From positions 1 through 55,830 of the IMG/VR virus record IMGVR_UViG_3300048818_000025: 55,830 nucleotides of DNA, one strand, 5' to 3'. The translations under genes and the position numbers were made by a program. The notes under the pieces were generated by a model. That model had not been told where the DNA came from. It made no database searches and saw only the letters and a program-made list of their open reading frames with translations. Shown one piece after another: positions 40,330-48,201 of the stretch. How positions within the stretch are numbered: position 1 is the stretch's first letter; each line of letters starts with the position of its first letter. The DNA comes from a virus (taxonomy: Duplodnaviria > Caudoviricetes).

Positions 40330-40785
40330 TTAGATTGCTTCGCCAATAATCTCACGCTCAAGAGCGCCGTATTTTTCATCGTCACCGACGACTTGGCCCT
40401 TGAGCGCGACGATCCACCACCGCTCACCTTTCCACTTTGGCGGAATAAGTGTGGCGTGGAGAGTGCCTTTTTTGCAGAGGTCGAGCGGCCCAGGCGAAGT
40501 GTGAATAACGCCGGGCGCTGGCGTCTCGACTTTAACACCGCCGTTTGCCGGGGAGCCGTCCGGGTTAGACCGCCAGAACGCAATCTTGGCACCGTCCCGC
40601 GTTAGTTCGTTCATGCGTTTCTGCTGGCGCTCGTTCCACTTGGCGGCGAAGTAAGCAATACAGGACTGCCAATAGTAGCCGTCGGCGGAGCCGTCGCCGG
40701 AGCCGTAGCCGTAGCCGTAGCCGTAGCCGTCGCCGTTTGCCGGGAAGCCGTCCGGCAGCTTACCTTGCAGGACTACCGGGACCAC
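40330..40785 (-). CDS. GYG-repeat protein, paralogue of 49578-50201
   Basis: GDGYGYGYGYGSGDG; TLHATLIPPKWKGERWW shared. Confidence 0.75.
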   Translation of the reverse strand: MVPVVLQGKLPDGFPANGDGYGYGYGYGSGDGSADGYYWQSCIAYFAAKWNERQQKRMNELTRDGAKIAFWRSNPDGSPANGGVKVETPAPGVIHTSPGPLDLCKKGTLHATLIPPKWKGERWWIVALKGQVVGDDEKYGALEREIIGEAI

Positions 40786-41075
40786 GGCGCGGCCTCCCAA
40801 GCAACAGCCGCTGCGGGCGTAACTTCGGCAACGCAGGTAATATCCCGCAGTTCAATATCTGCCGCAGGCCCGACGCGAGCGCCGTCAACCGGCCCCATTG
40901 AAGCTAGGCCGAGAAAGCCCTTATTCGCAGTCGGCCACGAAATGCAGTTACGGGCGGCGCGGAGCTTAATCATCACGCCGTCAGTCTTGATCGCGTAGCC
41001 GAAGAACACGCCCCGGTGCGAGGTTGTGACCAGCACGGCGCGTTCGTTCTTTTTGCGGTTAGGGTGGTTTACCAT
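40773..41075 (-). CDS. Conserved phage protein, paralogue of 49282-49590
   Basis: RAV.VTTSHRGVFFGY...KGFLGLASMGP...GPAADIEL. Confidence 0.75.
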   Translation of the reverse strand: MVNHPNRKKNERAVLVTTSHRGVFFGYAIKTDGVMIKLRAARNCISWPTANKGFLGLASMGPVDGARVGPAADIELRDITCVAEVTPAAAVAWEAAPWSR

Positions 41076-41128
41076 CTTGGCTCCTATGCCCCTGAATGCC
41101 GAGGCGCACATTGCCCGAAGGTTCGGGC

Positions 41129-41302
41129 CTACTTTGACTTCGGTGGGGTATCGAGTTCGGTTCGCAGCGCATCCATTTCCGTCACCAGCGCCTCGATACG
41201 TTTGCGCGTGGTGCCGATGTAGGTGTCCTTGTACGTTGGCGACTTGAGGTAGTGGCGAAGGCCCTCTACCGCGTCAAACAGCACATCCGAAACCATCGCC
41301 AT
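41129..41302 (-). CDS. Small protein divergent from the recombinase
   Basis: GGGAG RBS; ends at the innermost TAGGCCCGAA junction. Confidence 0.6.
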   Translation of the reverse strand: MAMVSDVLFDAVEGLRHYLKSPTYKDTYIGTTRKRIEALVTEMDALRTELDTPPKSK

Positions 41303-41310
41303 ATCTCCCT

Positions 41311-41376
41311 GTTGACCGTATATAGGCAAAGCCTTGACAACTTGTCAATAGCCCTATACGCATAGTTGACAACTTG
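41311..41376. promoter_or_regulatory. Island central divergent promoter and candidate recombinase-binding region
   Basis: Palindrome TTGACAA-C-TTGTCAA (41334-41348); TTGACAACTTG repeated at 41334 and 41366. Confidence 0.7.
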
Positions 41377-41388
41377 ATAGGGTTCGGA

Positions 41389-42033
41389 ATGTCCACCGAT
41401 TTACTGCCAAAAGGGTTTTTAGTCGGCTATGCGAGAGTTTCCACAGAAGATCAAAAGCTCGACCTCCAGCTTGATGCACTTAGATCAGCCGGGGTGCTAC
41501 CTGATAATTTGCACGTCGAAAAAATCTCAGGCGCTTCCGCTAAACGTCCGGCTCTTGATCTTGCTATTAAAGACCTTCGCCAAGGCGATACATTGGTCGT
41601 GTGGCGCTTGGATCGTTTGGCCCGAAGTATGCGCCAACTCTACATGCGCCTCGACCAAATTTACGCAAAGGGGGCGAATTTCCGAAGCATTACGGAAGCC
41701 TTCGACTTCGGCACAGTCAGCGGCAAATTCGTCCTCGGAATCCTGGGACTTGTCGCTGAGTTTGAACGCCAGATCATCGCCCAAAGAACGTCAGCAGGCA
41801 TCGCGGCGCTCAAGTCTCGCAAGGGCAAGGAATACAAGTGGGGACGTACATTGCACATGACACCGGAGCGCGTGGCGCTCGTTGGGGACTATCTCAACGG
41901 TCGCAATGGCAAGCCACAGTTGAGCGGACCGAAGATCGCCGCGAAGCTCAAGGTTTCTACGGCCTCAATCTATGGGTATTGGAAACAGGCAGGCAAGGGC
42001 CGGTTCACTCGCCGGAAAGCTACGCCGAAATGA
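41389..42033 (+). CDS. Small serine recombinase (resolvase/invertase family)
   Basis: GYARVSTEDQ..DLQ..AL, GDTLVVWRLDRLARS, AEFER..I..RT..G; C-terminal HTH (IAAKLKVSTASIY). Confidence 0.95.
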   Translation: MSTDLLPKGFLVGYARVSTEDQKLDLQLDALRSAGVLPDNLHVEKISGASAKRPALDLAIKDLRQGDTLVVWRLDRLARSMRQLYMRLDQIYAKGANFRSITEAFDFGTVSGKFVLGILGLVAEFERQIIAQRTSAGIAALKSRKGKEYKWGRTLHMTPERVALVGDYLNGRNGKPQLSGPKIAAKLKVSTASIYGYWKQAGKGRFTRRKATPK

Positions 42034-42551
42034 CCGAAAGGCTTTACGTGTACGTCGCAGAAAGCTCCAAGGGCTTAATCAAGATCGGCTTCTCGGCTAA
42101 CCCGAAACGCCGCGTGAAGTATTTGAGCGGAACCGTGCTTCATGCACACCGTCCGGTTACTTTCTTGCGAGCTAAGCGCATGGACGCAATAGCTGCATAC
42201 AAGGTGGAAAAGTTCACTCAGTACCTTCTAGCCGAACACGCAGCCCCTATGACTTACCCCGGCCTTGGGCCTTCGATGGAGTGGTTTCAATGCTCACAGG
42301 AAGCCGCCTTTAAGGCCCTAAGAACCGCCGTTCGTTGCGTGCAGAACGCAACAGAGTATTTCGGGCATGATCGGTTTAACTGGCGGCGAGCCGTGCCGTT
42401 TATAAAGGCACGAAAAGGATTGGTGTTGCCGCATAAATTCGACATGTGGCTTACTCGGCAAATCGAACTATCTAAGGGCGAGCGCCTTGATGCGATGATT
42501 GATGTTCAACGTAAGATGCACAATCTATGCGCTACGGCGCAGAACAATTAG
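42030..42551 (+). CDS. GIY-YIG / T5orf172-like protein
   Basis: YVYV......IKIGFS.NP..R...L and EWF motifs; ATGA-coupled to the recombinase. Confidence 0.75.
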   Translation: MTERLYVYVAESSKGLIKIGFSANPKRRVKYLSGTVLHAHRPVTFLRAKRMDAIAAYKVEKFTQYLLAEHAAPMTYPGLGPSMEWFQCSQEAAFKALRTAVRCVQNATEYFGHDRFNWRRAVPFIKARKGLVLPHKFDMWLTRQIELSKGERLDAMIDVQRKMHNLCATAQNN

Positions 42552-42560
42552 GAGACTGGC

Positions 42561-44008
42561 GTGGCCGACGTGAAGCTCACAGAACTCGAACCGCAATGGC
42601 TCACGCGGGACGGCAAGCGCGTGGGCGTGATATTTCGCAATCCGTCGCCAGAGCATCGGAAGTGGCGGGTGACTTGCTTCGCTGCGCCGACGCCGAATGA
42701 CGATCAAGAGGCAATCGTTCACGCGGCTGTCGGGGAGACGGATATGTGGCAGGGCTGCAATCCGGCGTCGGGCTGGAAATTTGAAGGCGGTATAGACGGC
42801 GCTACATTCGAGACGCTGACAATCACGCCTTCGCTCGATGGTGGTCAGCATTGGTGGCACGGATTTGTTACCGGCGGGGTTTGCAGGTGAGCGACAAGTG
42901 CCACATGTGTGGGAGGCCGCCCTCGGAACATTCTTGGGACACCCGCTCCATATGCAACTTCTATCTCGGCGCGGCCGGGTCAAATCTCACGAAAGACCAG
43001 GAGGACGCAGTCTATGCCGCATATCTCGGCATCTGCTTTCTTCAAACGATGTGCCGCAGAGTGAACCTGAAACTTGGTGAGCAGCGTGCACAAGAATTGC
43101 TTACCGAATTAGGCGTCGCCTTCCCGTTCATTCCCGAACGGGTCGGTTTGTCCGCCTTACGTTGAATATGCAGGAGTTTAGCGTGACGATCAAAGAGGCA
43201 ATAGAAATTCTCACGGAAGAAGTGGTTGCGCGCAAGACGAGCCCGAATAGTTGTTCGGAAGAAGTTACTCAGGCAATTGAAACGCTTTTGTCCGTCATCA
43301 CACAGAAAGCTTAGGAGAATTTTGCTGTGACCGTAGCAACCGATTTTAAGCGCGCCTACTTGCAAGAAAACAAACGCGCCAACTATGCCGAGGGCGCGCT
43401 GCGCAACATCGTTCTGGCATGGAACAAACTCAAGCCCGGCAATTACTCCAAGGACGTATGGGAAACGTGGCTGGAAGAAACTCTCAAGCCTGCCGTAGTG
43501 GCTGGCGAGGTTGCGCTGACTGTTCTAAATAATCAGCGAAAGAATTAGGAGTTTTTAGATGGCGTGGACCGCAAAGCAGAAGGCCGCGTTCAAAAAGGAA
43601 CGGCGGAATTTCAGCGCCAAGACCTATCTCAAGGTCAAGAAGGAATTTGACCGGCAACGCAAGCTGCCGCGCAACGCGCCTGTCTGGTACATGAACAAGA
43701 CTGAATGGAACGCAATATCGTCGGCGCTCAAGATTGCTGCCGATCACTCTAAATAATTAGGAGCCGAGGCGGTGTACGAGAAAATGAGTGCCAGCGAGAT
43801 TGTTTTGCAAGCCCTCATTTGGGGCGAGGAAAGCATTACCGAAATGATAAACGGCACCCATGAATCAGAACCGCACCGCGCCGAATTGGTCGAGTTGCGA
43901 AGGCAGATGCGAGTTTACAGGAAGCGGCGTTACGGCAAGCCGGTTGATCCCTTCGCAAACGCCAAGCTTGTCAGCGCCTTTGATCTGCCCATTACGAAAG
44001 AGGGATAA
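42561..44008 (+). CDS. Right-array genes 42561-42890, 42887-43165, 43183-43314, 43327-43548, 43559-43756, 43772-44008
   Basis: Short ORFs separated by (T)TAGGAG junctions; the first has an LT.TPS....WHG motif. Confidence 0.65.
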
Positions 44009-44009
44009 C

Positions 44010-44792
44010 GTGGTTTCTCCGGTTCCAAAGCACCTACGCGCCGATGACGAGTACGACGCTATCGCTGGCGAGCTGCGAGATCATCGGTATGGCCTAGAGG
44101 TTGACCGATCAAAGGGAGTTGACCTTCCCGGCATCGGCGCGCACCGCGCCAAGTACGCGCCCGGCCTTGCAACGGCACTCTTGGCGCTGGCCGGGACCGA
44201 TGACGTTGGCGACCCGATGTGCGGGACCGGGACGCTTGGACGAGAAACCGGGAAGCTAGTTGCCCTGAACGACATTGATTACGGCATGTGGAATTTTTTG
44301 GAGCCTCTTGGGAAAAATGGGTGCCAAGTCACGTTTGGTCCCGCTACCGAGATTAAGTGGCGGCGCGAAGTCTGCATCTTTTCGCCGCCGTATTATCCGA
44401 AGGCCGATCGCTGCAAGCCGTGCGCTCACAATGACGCGAGGCGCGGCCCGGTCGTCGGCTTCCGTGATTCCTATTCTGGCGACCATCCTCAATTCGTCGG
44501 CAACCCCGGCGGCGTGAACGCTATTCTAAAATATCGCCAGCAGATGACCGCGATCTATGACCACCTTAAAACGGTCTGCGACCGCATGATTGTAGTCACA
44601 AAAAACTGGACGCGGCTTGGCGTGGAAATGCGCCTCGACCTCGACACGATATTGATGGCGCAATCGGTCGGCTGGTACTGCGAAGGGCGGAACGGATTTG
44701 AGCCGTCGCCGTCTTTGTGGTCGCGCTACAATAAGCAACGCGGCGGCGGTGTCACCGTCGAAGATGTGTTGATGTTCTCGAAACCCCGTTGA
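44010..44792 (+). CDS. SAM-dependent (N4/N6-type) DNA methyltransferase-like protein
   Basis: DPMCGTGT SAM-binding motif, NDID, then FSPPYY catalytic motif. Confidence 0.75.
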   Translation: MVSPVPKHLRADDEYDAIAGELRDHRYGLEVDRSKGVDLPGIGAHRAKYAPGLATALLALAGTDDVGDPMCGTGTLGRETGKLVALNDIDYGMWNFLEPLGKNGCQVTFGPATEIKWRREVCIFSPPYYPKADRCKPCAHNDARRGPVVGFRDSYSGDHPQFVGNPGGVNAILKYRQQMTAIYDHLKTVCDRMIVVTKNWTRLGVEMRLDLDTILMAQSVGWYCEGRNGFEPSPSLWSRYNKQRGGGVTVEDVLMFSKPR

Positions 44793-44809
44793 AGAATTAG
44801 GAGAATTTA

Positions 44810-44998
44810 ATGCGCTGGCGTCACAAGAAGCGCGGAACGACTTACGAGGAAATTGGTCGCGCCAAGCTCCAAGCCTCTGACACTGGCGGTATGGGCGACC
44901 ATCATCCGATGGTAGTTTATCGTGGTGAGGATGGTCAGCTTTGGGTGCGGCCAGAAGATGAATTTGAAGATGGCCGCTTCGAGCGGCTGGTGGATTAG
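44810..44998 (+). CDS. DUF1653-like small protein
   Basis: WRHKKRG..Y...MVVYR...GQLWVRP..EF.DGRFE. Confidence 0.7.
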   Translation: MRWRHKKRGTTYEEIGRAKLQASDTGGMGDHHPMVVYRGEDGQLWVRPEDEFEDGRFERLVD

Positions 44999-45007
44999 GA
45001 GTTTGAA

Positions 45008-45649
45008 ATGGCTACCAACACCCCGTTCTATCCCGGCGATACTCACTGGTCCTACGTCAAGCGTTGGGCGTGGCTGATGTGGGTGCAGTATTGGTCGCCG
45101 CTCGGGTCGAGCGTCTCGACGCAGTATGTTTGTGCAGTTACCAAACCAAAGGAACTGAAAAATGAAATACTTGAACGACAAGTGCCAGCGTTGTGCCAAC
45201 AGCCGAGGACTTCACGCCGCCGTCATCAAGACTAATACGCAACAGCGATGGCCGCTCGTGTGCGAAGCGTTCAAAGAGGCTGATGAGAATTAGGAGAATG
45301 AAACATGCGCGTCGAATTTACTTGGTCTAAGTGGTGCGTCCTATTCACACAGCAGCCGACGCCATCCGGTCTTGATCGGTGGTTTACAATCGGTCCGGCC
45401 CATTTTCGGTGGACCGCCAAGCAACTTCGCCCGCTGTCATAGGCGGTCAGTCCCCGTCGCCCGGTGAAGAAAGCCGGGCACCGTTTGAATTTAGAGGAGT
45501 TTGCCGTGGTCATAGAAAACATTGGCCTTGGCTTCCACTGGCATAAAATCAGACACGCCTATAAAGAATTTTACGATATGTGGTCAGGATATTGTAGCGG
45601 ACCAAGTGAGTGCGTGTGGATTGTGCCGGGAACGGCACTAGAGGACTAG
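45008..45649 (+). CDS. Right-array genes 45008-45235, 45162-45293, 45305-45442, 45506-45649
   Basis: Partly read by hand; TAGG junctions; the last is a paralogue of 51618-51776. Confidence 0.55.
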
Positions 45650-45846
45650 GAACGACCATGCCGATCACGTCAGAGCAGCGCGAAATTCGCAATCTGAAAA
45701 AACACCTTCGCGGGCTGACGGCGCAGGTCATGGAGACGATTGCTAGGATAGACAGGATTATGAAAATTCCGGAAGGACCATTGCGCGGCAAGATGATTGC
45801 CGAGGCGACGAACGCGCTGGAAATGACAAATCATGCTTATCCGGTT

Positions 45847-46917
45847 TCAACATGCAGGCTCTAGCGGTTGATGTGTTCCATGACTGACATTCGGGTGCGT
45901 CCACTCGCCGCTATACAGCCCGTCATAGGTCGGGCTTTCGCCGTTTGCGCCGATGCCCAAGAGCGAGCGGAAGGCATTGAATGGGTAGAAGCGGCGATTG
46001 AACCGGAAGGTAAATTCGTTGAGGTAGGCTTGCAGGTGCTTCGGCTCGACGCGCCCGTGGTGCGTGCCTTGCAGCCAAGCTTTGAGGTTGCTGAAAACAA
46101 GGTGAACGATAGGCAGGTATTCTTCGGCAACATCGGGCTTGTTGGACTCGACCACGGGCATGTGAGCGTAGCCGCGATCAGCAAGCGAGTTGTAGCCGCC
46201 CCAAGCGTCGGTAACGACCATGTTGGACGTAGGATCAACCGCAGCCTCTACAAAGCCGCACAGCGACTTGGCGGTACGGTCGGGGGCGATTTCCAGCCTG
46301 AGACGGCCAGCATATCGGCCACCGCGCCGCATGGGCTTGTCGCCCTTCTTGGCCGGGCGCTGCCGAACCTCGACGGCGGCGACTACGAGCGTCTTGTCGT
46401 CGGCATGGGGACCTTTGCCCTCGCCCCGCGTCACGCCGCCGATGTAGGTTTCGTCAATCTCGATATGGTCGCGGCCCGAAATGCTGCCACCGATCCGGTC
46501 GCGGTCTTGGCGCACCATACCGGCTCGCAGCTTGTGCAGGATGCCGAAGGCGGTTTCGTATCGGGTAAGGCCAAGCTGGCGCTGAAATTGAACGGCGGAC
46601 AGGCCGGGCGTCATGCTGGAAATGAGGTAAGCCCCCCAAAACCAAGTCGTCAGCGGCGTATGGGTGCGTTCCATGACCGTGCCGACCGTCAGGGAGGTTT
46701 GCTTACGGCATTTGCGGCAGGCCACCACATGCGGACGCGCCGCAGAACAGTACAGCGGCTCGCCAATGGCCTTGCAGTGCGGGCAGCGGAAGCCGTCAGG
46801 CCATTTTGCGCCTTCCAGATAACGAGCGCAGGCCGCGTCGTCAGGGAACAGCTTTTGGAACTGCGGCAGGGACTTGGGGAATGGCAGTTTTTCCCATTGG
46901 TGAATGTCTTGGATCAT
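45847..46917 (-). CDS. IS1595-family DDE transposase
   Basis: Zn ribbon CPHC..CRKC; IEIDETYIGG, VVTD, HLQAYLNEFTFRFNRR. Confidence 0.95.
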   Translation of the reverse strand: MIQDIHQWEKLPFPKSLPQFQKLFPDDAACARYLEGAKWPDGFRCPHCKAIGEPLYCSAARPHVVACRKCRKQTSLTVGTVMERTHTPLTTWFWGAYLISSMTPGLSAVQFQRQLGLTRYETAFGILHKLRAGMVRQDRDRIGGSISGRDHIEIDETYIGGVTRGEGKGPHADDKTLVVAAVEVRQRPAKKGDKPMRRGGRYAGRLRLEIAPDRTAKSLCGFVEAAVDPTSNMVVTDAWGGYNSLADRGYAHMPVVESNKPDVAEEYLPIVHLVFSNLKAWLQGTHHGRVEPKHLQAYLNEFTFRFNRRFYPFNAFRSLLGIGANGESPTYDGLYSGEWTHPNVSHGTHQPLEPAC

Positions 46918-46920
46918 GGC

Positions 46921-47181
46921 CTATTTTCCTGTTTTGGCCTGATAAGCGTCGGCGGCGTCGGACGGGTTGTATCCAAGGTCTTGATATTCAGCCAAGCCGC
47001 GCCGTTCCTCAGTTGTGATGACGTGGCCGGGGTTACGGTAGTCCAAAAGCGCCTCGCAAGCATCGCCGACCCACAACATGCGCTTCATGCTGAGTCCGCT
47101 CATGCGGACGTTCCCGAGCTTGTTGACCATATCCTGATGCGCCGGGCCGTGCCCCTCATGGTGTTTCGAGGTACTTGCCAC
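46921..47181 (-). CDS. IS passenger gene
   Basis: Inside the TIRs, upstream of and co-oriented with the transposase. Confidence 0.65.
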   Translation of the reverse strand: MASTSKHHEGHGPAHQDMVNKLGNVRMSGLSMKRMLWVGDACEALLDYRNPGHVITTEERRGLAEYQDLGYNPSDAADAYQAKTGK

Positions 47182-47182
47182 G

Positions 47183-47479
47183 TTAGCCTACCTTTCCGGC
47201 AGGATCGGCTATGCGATCCTTTAGCTCGCCCGGTTCAATCGTGGAGTCCTCATGGCTCCAACTATGGCCTGCCCAGTCCGCGACATACCATTTTGTGCCG
47301 TCGCCCGGCACGGTGCGGTCGAGCTTTACCATCGAGCCGTCATGCGAGACAAAAACCTGTTCGGGCGCTAGTTCATCGCGTCGAGCGTACCAGTCGGTCG
47401 TTTTTCCTACGGTATCCACGCCCGTTTGATGGGCTATGCCGCCTCGCGGATCGCTTCCGTGTCCTTTTGCGTCTTTCAT
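47183..47479 (-). CDS. IS passenger gene
   Basis: GGGAG RBS; starts MKDAKGHGSDP. Confidence 0.7.
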   Translation of the reverse strand: MKDAKGHGSDPRGGIAHQTGVDTVGKTTDWYARRDELAPEQVFVSHDGSMVKLDRTVPGDGTKWYVADWAGHSWSHEDSTIEPGELKDRIADPAGKVG

Positions 47480-47813
47480 GTTCAACTCCCGTTAACTACG
47501 AGCCTTTCGGCCTCTGCAATCTATATAGCACTAGTAGGTGCATGTGTCAAGCGGATAAGCATGTGACAAATGACGGCGCGCGGTACTTTGGCCTTGGCGT
47601 AGATTTCCGCAAGGACCGCAAGCCGGGCCGAGACAACGCACCGCCGAAATTTCGTGAAATGCGCGGTATCTTGAAGTCACAATAGGAGTAATCCGTCGAT
47701 TATAACCACAGACAGCGCATCGGCGGCTAAGTGAGTTTGTCTTGCGGTGTTAATGGTCTTTACATCTATTAGTAGCGATTGTGCGGCGTAAAAAACTACG
47801 CTAGAAAAAATCA

Positions 47814-48195
47814 GCGCCGCGCAGGAGGTCTATTTCCTGGCGGCGCAGACCCGAATTGATGCTTGGCGGCTGAAACTCGGGCCAATGACTTAAGAACTAT
47901 ATAGCCTGCGGGCTAGTTCCGGTCAAATCATAAAATCCATGCCGCCAGAAGCCGCCAGAAGGCCCGGGATGCATTTATTTGCATTCTAGGCTCTCGTAGC
48001 AGGGGCGGAACGTGCAGGGTGTAGGGGCGAGGCCCCAACTTGGATGTGCGGCTACGGAAAAGGCCAAGTATGGCTGACGGGACGCTCGGCTCCATTGAGC
48101 AGAATCCTAAGCCACTTCCTCTTGCCTTCCATTGGTTTCCAATGGGGGTAAGGGGGGTGTGGCTTCCGAACACTCTCACCATTGAGCAGGATTAA
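47814..48195 (+). ncRNA. Candidate structured non-coding element upstream of the HNH gene
   Basis: Several stems; long hairpin 48109-48165 relying on G-U pairs; no convincing + strand ORF. Confidence 0.35.
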
Positions 48196-48201
48196 GTAAA
48201 G

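Larger units (their letters stand above)
45832..47563 (-). mobile_element. IS1595-family element with two passenger genes, 1732 bp
   Basis: 25-bp imperfect TIRs starting CATGCTTATCCG; 8-bp TSD TGACAAAT at 45824-45831 and 47564-47571. Confidence 0.93.
45658..47685 (+). pseudogene. Array gene split by the IS1595 insertion (5' part 45658-45831, 3' part 47572-47685)
   Basis: Removing the IS and one TSD copy restores MPITSEQRE...ALEMTN-DGARYFGLG...ILKSQ in frame. Confidence 0.85.
38281..47690. mobile_element. Serine-recombinase-centred island with two divergent arrays of short genes and conserved junction motifs
   Basis: Interrupts the rightward early operon; central resolvase; about 10 GGCC-TA-type junctions on the left and about 12 TA-GGAG-type junctions on the right. 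Confidence 0.7.

Noticed and set aside
40330-41075. Diversity-generating retroelement template/variable pair with 49282-50201
   Set aside because: No reverse transcriptase in the window, and the differences are not adenine-specific.
41389-42033. Tail-fibre invertase (Gin/Cin), IS607 transposase or Tn3 resolvase
   Set aside because: Not next to the tail genes and no long inverted sites seen; the HTH is C-terminal (IS607 TnpA has it N-terminal) and there is no TnpB; no Tn3 transposase or 38-bp inverted repeats.
45868-47685. 605-aa + strand ORF spanning the IS
   Set aside because: Antisense shadow of the GC-rich transposase and passenger genes; only its last ~38 codons are real and belong to the interrupted gene.
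38285-47685. TAG recoding (alternative genetic code)
   Set aside because: Core genes are intact in the standard code, and the TAGs are followed by new start codons in various frames.
38281-47690. Classical integron or CRISPR array
   Set aside because: No IntI-type tyrosine recombinase, no attC hairpins, no 25-45 bp repeats with regular spacers, no cas genes.
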